DNA from: a bacterium
Lineage (GTDB): Bacteria > UBP15 > UBA6099 > JAJRTR01
Direction: 5' to 3'
NCBI GenBank assembly: GCA_024278215.1
Contig: JAJRTR010000111.1
Span: 62,001-123,482 of the forward strand
DNA length: 61,482 nt
Part shown: positions 17,222-26,655 of the stretch, one piece after another
Layout of the letters: every line of letters starts with the position of its first letter
Numbering within the stretch: the first letter of the stretch is position 1
Position numbers and translations under genes: made by a program
The notes under the pieces: model-generated
The model's input: only the letters and a program-made list of their open reading frames with translations
Told to the model about the DNA's origin: nothing
The model's database searches: none

Positions 17222-20035
17222 ATGAAGCTGTACCGTTTTTTTGTTGCATGTCTTACAGCACTCGCGATGGTGATGGTATCCGGTGTGGCGGCAACTGCTG
17301 TGGGAACAACAAGTGGAACCGTTATTTCAAGTTACGCGACGATCAGCGCGGACAATGCCGTAAGCAGCGTGGTCTCGAACACGGTGGATGTCACAGTTGA
17401 TCCGGTCTATGGCCTCGACACGAGCGCGTTCAGCGAACCCGACGATGTGAAGATACTGGTACAGGGCGATTATGTCGATTACGAATTCGGGATAAGCAAC
17501 AACGGGAACGCGACCGACGCGGTGAGGCTTGAGATCGGAGCGCAGAGTTTCGGGGGCGAAGGCGGAGCGGGCGCGGCGTGGAGCGTCGAGGTGCTGGACG
17601 CAGTGGGCGCCCCGCTGACATGGGAAAGCGGTGGGACGACTTCGGACCCGTCGGGAGACGCGGCAACGGCCACGGGCATCGCGCCCGGCGAAAACGCTAC
17701 ATTCACACTGCGCGTATACTGCGGCTCGGGCGCGGACGACGGCGCGACTATGACATTCAGCGTTAATCTGAAAACGCTCAATACACCAGTCGGCGAATAC
17801 ACCGGTTTCAACTCGAGCAGTTACGGCGGGGCGGCTGCTGTAGCGTCCGCCGCGAAAACGGCGCAGGTGCAGGACGAGAATCCGCCGGTGGTGACAATTA
17901 CCGCTCCTATCGAAGGACAGGTACTGACTACAACTTCCGTCACGCTGACGGGAAGCACTTCGCCCGCGGCCGCATCCGGCACCGTATCAATAGGCAGCTC
18001 GGCAAATGAACTTACGGTCGACGCGTCCGGTGATTTCGGGCAGACTGTGCTTTTTACCGAACAGGGCGACAACACGATATATGTCACGGCATTCGACCAG
18101 GTGCATAATTACGGCACCGATTCTGTAACTGTTTACGTCGACTCACTTCCCCCCGAAACGTACATAACGTCACCGGCGGAAAACGAGGAAGTAAACGGCA
18201 CTGTGGTGGTAACAGGGACAGTGACAGACATAAATTTTTCGACATACCTGCTCGAATACGGGCCGGGCGACACGCCTGTCGCGTGGGGCACGATAGCATC
18301 CTCGACAGTAGCCGTATCGGGCGGTATGCTCGGTACATGGGACACCGGGGGGCTTTACGGCACATATACTATCAGGTTGACGGCAAGCGACATTTATGGC
18401 AATTCGCGCCAGGTATCCGAAACGGTGGACGTCGGCAACAGCGAGATTTTCGAGGGCACGCTAGCAAAAGGCGAGTGGCAGATGATGTCCATACCGGGTA
18501 TTCCCAAGGACGCCGATCCGAGATCTTTCCTTGGCAGCTCGAGGTATGAAGTGCAGCAATGGGACGAAGACCTCGAGTCCGACGAATACATGAAGAAGTT
18601 CACAAGGAGCTTCGCTCTGAATTACGCGGGAGAAGGATTCTGGGTGAAACCATACGAGGGCGAAATCCAGTACGATGTCGACGCGCGGGTCACCGATTCG
18701 ACGACGGAATATGCGATGCCGCTCAAAGTCGGCTGGAACCAGGTAGGATTGCCGTATAACCGTGAATCCGGGATGCTGTGGGACAATGTATATGTGAAAA
18801 ACACCGGCACCGGCGAGGAACTGTCGATGCAGGAAGCGATAAGCGAAGGCTGGATCGACAGTACGTTCAACGAGTATTCCAACGATGGATACGTAGGCCG
18901 CGGGCTGGGCGACACGCTGTACCCGTTCGAGGGATATTTCCTGAACGCCTATGTGGAATGCGAACTGATGTTCGATCCCGGCGAGGGGAGGCCGGCCGGA
19001 ATAGCGAGGCAGGCAGGCGGTCGGGGCATGTCGAAGATAATCAGGCCCGAATACGAGTGGAGAATGCAGTTGTCGGCCCGGACAGGCGAAGCACGCGACA
19101 CGGACAATTTCGCTGCCGAACTCAGCGGCGCGGACAACGAGTTCGACGCGGAAGACGCCGGCGAACCGCCGACGGTCGACCCTTATGTATCGCTCTATTT
19201 CGAGAACGAAGACTGGCAGCGCAGGCCGGGCCGTTACGCCCGCGACAGCAGGACGCCTTCCTACGAGGTCAACGAAGAGAAAACGTGGAACTTCGTAGTC
19301 GAAGTCAGCCGCCCCGGCGACAACGTGAAGGTCAGCGTCGCCAACGCCGACAAGCTGCCGGACAACTACCATTATGTGATCCTCGACAAAGAAACCGGCA
19401 CGGAATTCGACCCGAAAGAAACACCCGAATACACATATACGGACAGCGGACAGGGCAGCCGGATGTTTTCACTTCGTGCCATAAGGCTGGGCGGCGGCAA
19501 GGTGGTAATATACTCGAACCGTTTCCCGGCGGGGTGGTCGTTGTTCTCGGTGCCGCTGGACCCGCAACCGTCCGATGTGCGCATCCAGCTTGCAGGACAG
19601 GTCGACGACTTGCAGGTCTTCCAGTATTTCGACAGGGAACTGTATAACCCCGACAGCCCCGAAAAGGTAGACATACAGGCCGGTATAGGATACTGGGTGT
19701 ATCTGGACAAAGAAAAAGAAATCGAGTTTGAAGGCAGGGAGACTTCGGGGCAGCCGTCGATAGAGATACCGCTTGTGAAAGGCTGGAACCTGATAGGCAA
19801 CCCGTACACGCACGAAATAGATACGGGAACACTGGTGAAGATAAAAAAAGGAGAAGAAACCCTTGGTCTGGCTGAAGCAGTTGAAGCAGGCTGGGTGGAC
19901 AAAGAAATATATGCTTATGATGATAACACGGGAGGTTATGAACGCCTCGAAGAAGGCGCGGCCCTCATTCCATGGAAGGGTTACGCCGTCAAGGCTCTGA
20001 GACCATGCAAAGCAGTTATTTTTGCAGAGCCCTGA
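17222..20035 (+). CDS. Large exported multidomain surface protein (DUF11-like N-terminus, Ig-like domains, duplicated GW-rich modules)
   Basis: Signal peptide; GTTSGTVISSYAT..SNTVDVTV; DENPPVVTITAP and DSLPPETYITSP Ig starts; paired GWNQVGLPY/GWNLIGNPY modules; very acidic. Confidence 0.8.
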   Translation: MKLYRFFVACLTALAMVMVSGVAATAVGTTSGTVISSYATISADNAVSSVVSNTVDVTVDPVYGLDTSAFSEPDDVKILVQGDYVDYEFGISNNGNATDAVRLEIGAQSFGGEGGAGAAWSVEVLDAVGAPLTWESGGTTSDPSGDAATATGIAPGENATFTLRVYCGSGADDGATMTFSVNLKTLNTPVGEYTGFNSSSYGGAAAVASAAKTAQVQDENPPVVTITAPIEGQVLTTTSVTLTGSTSPAAASGTVSIGSSANELTVDASGDFGQTVLFTEQGDNTIYVTAFDQVHNYGTDSVTVYVDSLPPETYITSPAENEEVNGTVVVTGTVTDINFSTYLLEYGPGDTPVAWGTIASSTVAVSGGMLGTWDTGGLYGTYTIRLTASDIYGNSRQVSETVDVGNSEIFEGTLAKGEWQMMSIPGIPKDADPRSFLGSSRYEVQQWDEDLESDEYMKKFTRSFALNYAGEGFWVKPYEGEIQYDVDARVTDSTTEYAMPLKVGWNQVGLPYNRESGMLWDNVYVKNTGTGEELSMQEAISEGWIDSTFNEYSNDGYVGRGLGDTLYPFEGYFLNAYVECELMFDPGEGRPAGIARQAGGRGMSKIIRPEYEWRMQLSARTGEARDTDNFAAELSGADNEFDAEDAGEPPTVDPYVSLYFENEDWQRRPGRYARDSRTPSYEVNEEKTWNFVVEVSRPGDNVKVSVANADKLPDNYHYVILDKETGTEFDPKETPEYTYTDSGQGSRMFSLRAIRLGGGKVVIYSNRFPAGWSLFSVPLDPQPSDVRIQLAGQVDDLQVFQYFDRELYNPDSPEKVDIQAGIGYWVYLDKEKEIEFEGRETSGQPSIEIPLVKGWNLIGNPYTHEIDTGTLVKIKKGEETLGLAEAVEAGWVDKEIYAYDDNTGGYERLEEGAALIPWKGYAVKALRPCKAVIFAEP

Positions 20036-20049
20036 GATCGAGTATCGAG

Positions 20050-22032
20050 TTGGTAAAGAGAAAGGTTTCCCTTAAAACAGGGGTGTGGACATTGACACTG
20101 GCGCTGATAATATCCCTTGCGGCCGCGGGGGTGAGGGCGCTGGAAGAATACAAAATAGAAGTCAATGGACTGGACCTGCCGGTGGAAGACAGGCTCGAAT
20201 ACCGGGACCTGACATTATTCATGCCGCTTGACGAATCTGTCAGGGACGCGCTCGACGCGACGATTTCAAGAGTGCCGTGTGACGGCGATTGTTTCATCGT
20301 CACGGCTTACGGCGTACAGGTGCGTTTCATGACCGGCAGCGGGGAAATCGAGGCGGACGGTCGCTCATATAATGTGGGTGCGGCACCTTACAAAGTCGGA
20401 GAAACGTATTACGTGCCTGCTGAAGCTTTTTTTCAGGCCATCGACTTCGAGACCGAATGGAACCCTGAAGAAAACCTGCTGCGGGCAGGTATCACACTCG
20501 ACATGCGGCCCGTGCAGGAAAGATTTTCCGGCATCGAGGGTATAGCGACTGTCGAAGAAGCGTTGGGCGGCGGCAGACGCGAAGATGTAACAAGCCAGAT
20601 CGCCCCCCCGGCCATCGCGGGCGAACCGGGCTTCGAGATCGAGGAACCGTTCATTGCATACACTTTCGAGAACTCGGTGAAAATGCTCTCGAAAAAAGTC
20701 AGTGGCGACAAAACCCTCAGCAGGGTCGAGGAAAAAGGAGACATTTACAACCAGCTGAACTTTCGGTTTGTCGGCCTGATGAGCAACGGTTACGACTTTA
20801 CAGGCATTCTTCGTACCAATCAGACGACCGACACGGGCACGAACAGGGGCGAGGTGAAAAAACTATCGCTGAGCTGGAAGAAAAACGACATTATGCTCAA
20901 AGCTTATGATGTGCAGCCGAAGTTCTCGCAATATATGCTCAGGAACTATCCCGTGCAGGGTCTGCATTACCAGCGGACAAATAATATGTTCAAATGGGAT
21001 GCTGTATTCGGGAAAACACCGAAAAGGATAAGGGATTCGAAATACGCGAGATATGTCGGCGGGCTTCGAATCGAAAAGAACGTAAGTAAAAGAAAAAACG
21101 CTTTTATCGGTGGAACTTTCACAAGTGTGCGTGATACGGGCAATTACATGGGAAGTGCGAAACAGAAAAATCTGGTAGCCGGTGCCGACGGTACAATACA
21201 ACTGAGCGACATGGCGAGATTCAGAGGAGAAGTCGCGAACAGTTACAACGAATTCACGGGCCTGGGCAGTGTGCGGGGCACGGCTGCAAAGTATGAACTG
21301 AACTACAAGAGCAGGTCCGCAACGAGCAAAACGACCTATGAACGCACGAGCTCGAATTTTTATTCGGAAACGGCCTACTACACAAAAGGCCGGACAGAGA
21401 TCGCGACACTCTACAACAGGAAATTGAGCCCGAAAACAATGTTCGGGCTGGGAGCGAAACGCAAAAAAATAAAGGACCGCGTAAGCAAAATATACCCGAT
21501 GTCGCTGGACATCAGCCCGTGGGGGACCAGGGATTATTTCCGGATGACACTCCAGCGCAATTATGAAAAGGACAGCGGTAGCCGAAACAGGATATTGGAC
21601 ACGAGGGAGTTGAGAGTACGCGACAGGATGGGCGGGAGCAGGGTAGACATGAAAGTGGGCAGGCAGAAGAACAAAGTGCCCGGCTCGCAACTGGCCTACA
21701 AGGACTCGAGGAGCATCAGTGTGAAATCGCTGCTCACGGACAAAGTCGGCGCGAAGTTCAATATGAAAAGTGAAAGATGGAAAAAAGACAGGGTTTCGGT
21801 AACGAGGCGGGTCGGGCTTACGCTGGATTACGAACCGGCACCGTGGACGGAAATGACGCTGGGCTTCGGTCGCTACTACAACAACCCGCGAAGCGCCAGG
21901 ACACATGTGAGATTCACTTATCACAAACTGGACATCTATAACGACAGCGAATGGAAAGCGGAATACATGTTCGAGAATTACAGAGACTACAATATAAATA
22001 CGGTTAATGTAAGCTACAGTTTTTTCAAATAA
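20050..22032 (+). CDS. Exported protein with copper-amine-oxidase N-terminal-like domain and probable outer-membrane beta-barrel
   Basis: Signal peptide; APYKVGETYYVPAEAFFQAIDFETEWN stalk-type motif; alternating amphipathic strands ending NVSYSFFK; start uncertain (TTG 20050). Confidence 0.7.
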   Translation: MVKRKVSLKTGVWTLTLALIISLAAAGVRALEEYKIEVNGLDLPVEDRLEYRDLTLFMPLDESVRDALDATISRVPCDGDCFIVTAYGVQVRFMTGSGEIEADGRSYNVGAAPYKVGETYYVPAEAFFQAIDFETEWNPEENLLRAGITLDMRPVQERFSGIEGIATVEEALGGGRREDVTSQIAPPAIAGEPGFEIEEPFIAYTFENSVKMLSKKVSGDKTLSRVEEKGDIYNQLNFRFVGLMSNGYDFTGILRTNQTTDTGTNRGEVKKLSLSWKKNDIMLKAYDVQPKFSQYMLRNYPVQGLHYQRTNNMFKWDAVFGKTPKRIRDSKYARYVGGLRIEKNVSKRKNAFIGGTFTSVRDTGNYMGSAKQKNLVAGADGTIQLSDMARFRGEVANSYNEFTGLGSVRGTAAKYELNYKSRSATSKTTYERTSSNFYSETAYYTKGRTEIATLYNRKLSPKTMFGLGAKRKKIKDRVSKIYPMSLDISPWGTRDYFRMTLQRNYEKDSGSRNRILDTRELRVRDRMGGSRVDMKVGRQKNKVPGSQLAYKDSRSISVKSLLTDKVGAKFNMKSERWKKDRVSVTRRVGLTLDYEPAPWTEMTLGFGRYYNNPRSARTHVRFTYHKLDIYNDSEWKAEYMFENYRDYNINTVNVSYSFFK

Positions 22033-22122
22033 TGAGGAAGGAAAGGGAACACGGTATTTCACACAGTTATAAGCCGGATTCGGCATCATGCGGTGCCGGG
22101 TTCGTTTAAAAAGGTATAGATA

Positions 22123-22299
22123 GAGCCAATTGCAAATTATGTTCGAAGCGAGATCAAGCGAAATTGTTCAGAAGCAAGGCGGAGGTACAAAATCACCGCA
22201 AGCGTACTTGTGAGTACGTTGAGGATGATTTTGTGCCGACAACGCAGCTGTTGGCAATTGCAGCCGATCGCAGCCGAATCAGAATTTTACAATTGGCTC
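22123..22299. mobile_element. 177-bp palindromic MITE-like element, full copy 2
   Basis: gagccaattgcaaatt..aattttacaattggctc, GATA on both flanks, colinear with 3874-4051. Confidence 0.85.
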
Positions 22300-22333
22300 G
22301 ATATAGAAAGAAAAAAAAGAAGGAGGTAATTGT

Positions 22334-23263
22334 ATGAAAGCAAAGGCGATAGTGGCAGTAATGGTGATGATGGTACTGGGCATCGGGCTGACGCTTGTGT
22401 ACAACATCACGGACGCAGGGGCGAAAAGAATGGCGACCCTGACGCATATCAAGGGAACAGTCAAGGTGAAAGCGCCCGACTCGGCCGAGTGGGCGGCAGC
22501 TACCGACAGGATGGTTGTAAACGAAGGCGACGAAATAAAAACGTCTGCCGGATCATCCGCCATCATAAAGATGGACGACGGCTCGATGGTCAAGATCGGT
22601 CCCCTGGCGAAGATGAAAATAGAAGCCCTCGGCAAATCCGGAAGGAACAACAAAACCGACATCGGAGTTTCCATCGGCAAAAGCTGGCAGAGGGTCAACA
22701 AACTTTCCTCAGACTCCTCTTTCAATGTGAAGACACCGACGGCAGTCGCCGGTGTGCGCGGCACATTCTTCTCGTCGGAAGTCGAACAGTCGTCGGATTC
22801 CACCTTTGACTGCTTCGACGGCGCGGTCGATGTGGGAAGCATCAACGATCCTAGTAATACTGTGCCCCTGACAGCCGGATACAGGACGCAGGTAGCACCG
22901 GGCAGCAACCCCAGCCAGCCTTCGGCCATCCCGCAGGATGAATTGCAAAATGGGCAGGAGGGCTTCAGCAACAGCGAAGCCGCCATGGCGACTTATGATC
23001 TCCAGATCAGCGTCTCTCCTCAGGTCGTCAAACCCGGCGAAAACGCAACGGTCTCTCTCCAAGTGTTCAAAGACGGGCAGCCCATGCGCCAGGAAGTAGC
23101 TGTGAAACTAACTCTCTCGGGCGGTGCGACTTTTACCGACACCGGTGAGAACACAAAAGAAGTCAATACCGACGACCAGGGTGCCGCAACTCTCGAAGTT
23201 ACATCCTCGAGCAATGAGACTGTTACAGTCAGTGCGGAACTCAGAATAAAGGTACAGCAGTAA
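22334..23263 (+). CDS. FecR-domain protein with C-terminal invasin/Big_1-like Ig domain
   Basis: N-terminal hydrophobic helix; EGDEIKTSAGSSA, DGSMVKIGP, VKTPTAVAGVRGTFF; NTDDQGAATLEVTS. Confidence 0.85.
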   Translation: MKAKAIVAVMVMMVLGIGLTLVYNITDAGAKRMATLTHIKGTVKVKAPDSAEWAAATDRMVVNEGDEIKTSAGSSAIIKMDDGSMVKIGPLAKMKIEALGKSGRNNKTDIGVSIGKSWQRVNKLSSDSSFNVKTPTAVAGVRGTFFSSEVEQSSDSTFDCFDGAVDVGSINDPSNTVPLTAGYRTQVAPGSNPSQPSAIPQDELQNGQEGFSNSEAAMATYDLQISVSPQVVKPGENATVSLQVFKDGQPMRQEVAVKLTLSGGATFTDTGENTKEVNTDDQGAATLEVTSSSNETVTVSAELRIKVQQ

Positions 23264-23490
23264 AACGAATTCGCCTGCTTTGAGATAAATCCGCCGCCGC
23301 GCCCGATACACAGGCGCGGCGGCTGTACCATATCTTTATCCAGGGCGATTGTTCCCCGGCGTCCCTCCGGGATGCGCGGGATTTTACCCATGCCGACTTA
23401 GATTTCGTATACAACAAAGGCCGTATGATGACACCAGATAAACACCACAGCAGTTTGAAATACCTGAAAACTAATAACAACGGAAATTAT

Positions 23491-26400
23491 ATGTTTCAAT
23501 GTCGCCGCGTTGCTGTCGCGCTACTTGTGTTGCTCTCAATCGTCGCGGCGACACTTGCGCAGGCCGGCGACAGTACGCCTGTCGGCGAACTCGACAGCGT
23601 GCGCGGTCGTGTGATGGTGAGCCGCGCCGGGAGCGTACTGTGGGAAGACGCCGGCAACGGCGCGCTACTTTATAAGGGCGATGTTGTGAAAACCCACTCG
23701 AGGTCGTCGGCAATGATAAGATTTGTCGACGGCAGTTTCCTCAAGCTTATGCCTGCAGGTAAAATCGTACTCGATCAGGTGATTGAAACGACAGGTGTGT
23801 CGAGCAATGTCGTAAGCCTGAAGTCCGGCAAAATATGGGTGCAGGCAGGCAGCGACAACGATGTGAACAGGCTGCTTGTCGAGGCGGCCGGCTCGGTGAT
23901 GGACACCACGGAAGGCGCGCTCTTTCTCGAGATCGAGCCCGGTCGCAGAAGGGCTTGCCTCGATGTGTTTTCCGGGAATGCTTCCCTGAGGTCGCTGGAT
24001 AACCCCGAAGAAACAAGCACCCTCACAAAAAATCAGAGAACCATGCTCGAGGCGGACAACACCGGGTTCAACATCACCGATTTCGATAATGCTTTCAATA
24101 CAGACAATGAGCAGTATTCATGTATCACCCCCTTGAAAAAGAAAGAGCCGGTTGTCGAAAAGAAGATTGAAGAGCAGCCCGGCAACGAACCCGAAGAACA
24201 AACAGAAGTAACGCTCCTGATCACGGGCAGAGCCGTAATTGAATTCGCCGGTGAAAAAGACAATCAGAATATTAGCGTTGTTGCCTTTAGTGAAGAAGGC
24301 GAAGAGTACATTTTAATCACGGGGCAGGCGACAATCACCTTCGAAGGCGAAGAAGCGCCGGCATCGGAAATGATGCAGGTTGTTGATTTTACAGAAACCG
24401 GATACGGCCCCGAAGAGGTGATAATCCAGGTTACCCGCCAGGCGACATTAACTTTCAGCGAAGGTGAAGAAGAAGAGGAAACAGTAGTCACGGATAACGA
24501 AGGCACTGTGGTCTTCACGCCGGAATCATGCACGGCAAACGGGTACGAATGCGCAAGTGAACTTGACTGCTGTTCCGGGATATGCTCCGGTAGTGTTTGC
24601 GCCGCGTCGGAAAGGTCTGTCCAGTATACGACAATTGTAGTTTCCTCACAGAGCAGTCTTTCGTTCAAATGCCAGGACGCGCCGACGATATCGGGCGTAA
24701 AAGTGGGCGGCGCATCGGCGGCCCGGGGAGATACCGTCGAGATAGAGGGCGGCGAATGCGAGACGGAAAAAAGCGTGAGCGCCGATTGGAGCGTGGCAAG
24801 CTGCGGCACGCTTAAAACCGAATTCAAAGCTTATGACTCGACCGGCGCGGTGCAGCAGACAGAATCCGGCAGCACATTCAAGATTACTGCCGAAGCGTCG
24901 AAAGTCGAGATCAAGGCGACAGACGACGGCGGCGAATCAACATATAGTTTCAATGTCAAACTGAAAGAACATGAAAGCGTTTCGACACCGCCGGAAATAA
25001 CCTCGTTGACTTATGCGGGCGAAACCATCGCCAACGGCGATTCCATCGACGTTACAATAGATTCCTGTGAAGAAGGCTCTTTCACAATGACAGGCACGGC
25101 GAAGTCGCGGTGCTGGGATATTTCATCCGTCAGCGTGACGCAGGACGGCGAAGCGCTGAGCGCGAGCGGTTTCACAGAATGGACGGCCACAACGAAAGTC
25201 GCCGCGCAGGAAAAACAATCGGTTTTCATTGCAACCGTCACAGACTCGCGCGGAATTCCAAGCAGCGCATACAATTTAACCATCAATTTCACCGTCGCTC
25301 CCGAGCTGCTCGAACCGCCGAAGATCGAGCAGGTCACTTATAACGAAACATCCGTATCACAGGGAGACACAGTCAGTGTTTCCTTCGACTCGTGCCAGGC
25401 GAAACAGGTGACACTCTCCGGCCAGGCATCCACGGCGTGTGGAACAATAAAGGAAATAAAGGCCACCAAAGACGGCGACAACCTCTATACCAGCGGTGAG
25501 AGCGAATGGACAGCGGTGGACTCCATCTCGCCGACTGATGAAACCAAAGAGATAACGATCACTGCCGAAAACTCCAGCGGACAAACCAGCGACGCCTTCA
25601 TTTTTTCTGTCGAACCCGCAATAAATGTTTCACCGCCGGTCGCTGCTCTCGAAACGGTCAACAACACAACTATCGAGGATTTTTACTCGACGTTCAATGT
25701 CAACAAAAGCGATCTGGACAGCGGCAAGATGATAATCAAAGGAACCTCCGAAGCCGACACGTGCGAGATTCAGAAAGTCGAAATATCACTCGATGACGCC
25801 GGCACATGGGAAGCAGTCGAGGGTACATATTCATGGACCTACGAGTTCACACCAAGCGAAGGTTCGTATAATGTCACCGCACGCGCGGTCGACATCTTAG
25901 GCAACACCTCCGACGACTCGCAAACACTCGAACTCGTATACTCGCCCCTTAGCGACGAGGATATCGTTTTCAATGCCTTCGAAAAACTCATACAGGCATA
26001 TCTCGACGAAGACAGCGCCGCTTTTATCGACCTGACTTCGCCGGATTATACCACCAACTACGACAGCGTCGAGGATGTGAACCAGCTCGAGACTTCGCTG
26101 GACAACAAGTTCCAGGCAAACGAATATATATATCTCAGGTACGACATCGACTCGACAACCGTCACCGGCGACACCGCGAGAGTAGCTTTCCGCTGGGACA
26201 GCGACGTCTCTTCTTCCGGCTATTCACAGTACGGCGTATTCCAGTTTGCTAAAGAAGAAAACAGCTGGATGTTCTACACCGTCGAGGACGAAAATACTTT
26301 TTTGCGGTATACAAGCATTGTCGCGACGATCGATCTTACCTCCGGCGATACGGACCTTGTAGCAGACGAAGAAGACAGCACGGAAATAACAGCCGAGGTG

Positions 26401-26655
26401 CGCGACAGCGCGAAAAACTTTATCCGCGACGGCTCGATCGTTTATTTCCAGGTCAGCCCGTCGAACCTCGGTACCATAACAGCCTCGGCGGAAACTCTTA
26501 ACGGCATAGCAAAGGCGACATTCACCGCGGGTAACGAATCGGGCTTTGCGGACATTACAGCCACTTCGGGCGATGTTACTTCGAGTAAAGTCGAGATCGA
26601 ACTTCACTACGAACACGCGCCCTGTCCGCCGGATGATGTCGACTGCACACAATGA
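23491..26655 (+). CDS. Large exported FecR-domain protein with Cys-rich motif, four Cys-bearing Ig-like repeats, NTF2-like domain and C-terminal Big_1-like domain
   Basis: Signal peptide; KGDVVKTHSRSSAMIRFVDGS; CCSGIC motif; repeats starting APTIS/PPEIT/PPKIE/PPVAA; LIQAYLDEDSAAFIDLTSPDY; LVADEEDSTEITAEVRD..NGIAKATFTAG. Confidence 0.8.
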   Translation: MFQCRRVAVALLVLLSIVAATLAQAGDSTPVGELDSVRGRVMVSRAGSVLWEDAGNGALLYKGDVVKTHSRSSAMIRFVDGSFLKLMPAGKIVLDQVIETTGVSSNVVSLKSGKIWVQAGSDNDVNRLLVEAAGSVMDTTEGALFLEIEPGRRRACLDVFSGNASLRSLDNPEETSTLTKNQRTMLEADNTGFNITDFDNAFNTDNEQYSCITPLKKKEPVVEKKIEEQPGNEPEEQTEVTLLITGRAVIEFAGEKDNQNISVVAFSEEGEEYILITGQATITFEGEEAPASEMMQVVDFTETGYGPEEVIIQVTRQATLTFSEGEEEEETVVTDNEGTVVFTPESCTANGYECASELDCCSGICSGSVCAASERSVQYTTIVVSSQSSLSFKCQDAPTISGVKVGGASAARGDTVEIEGGECETEKSVSADWSVASCGTLKTEFKAYDSTGAVQQTESGSTFKITAEASKVEIKATDDGGESTYSFNVKLKEHESVSTPPEITSLTYAGETIANGDSIDVTIDSCEEGSFTMTGTAKSRCWDISSVSVTQDGEALSASGFTEWTATTKVAAQEKQSVFIATVTDSRGIPSSAYNLTINFTVAPELLEPPKIEQVTYNETSVSQGDTVSVSFDSCQAKQVTLSGQASTACGTIKEIKATKDGDNLYTSGESEWTAVDSISPTDETKEITITAENSSGQTSDAFIFSVEPAINVSPPVAALETVNNTTIEDFYSTFNVNKSDLDSGKMIIKGTSEADTCEIQKVEISLDDAGTWEAVEGTYSWTYEFTPSEGSYNVTARAVDILGNTSDDSQTLELVYSPLSDEDIVFNAFEKLIQAYLDEDSAAFIDLTSPDYTTNYDSVEDVNQLETSLDNKFQANEYIYLRYDIDSTTVTGDTARVAFRWDSDVSSSGYSQYGVFQFAKEENSWMFYTVEDENTFLRYTSIVATIDLTSGDTDLVADEEDSTEITAEVRDSAKNFIRDGSIVYFQVSPSNLGTITASAETLNGIAKATFTAGNESGFADITATSGDVTSSKVEIELHYEHAPCPPDDVDCTQ

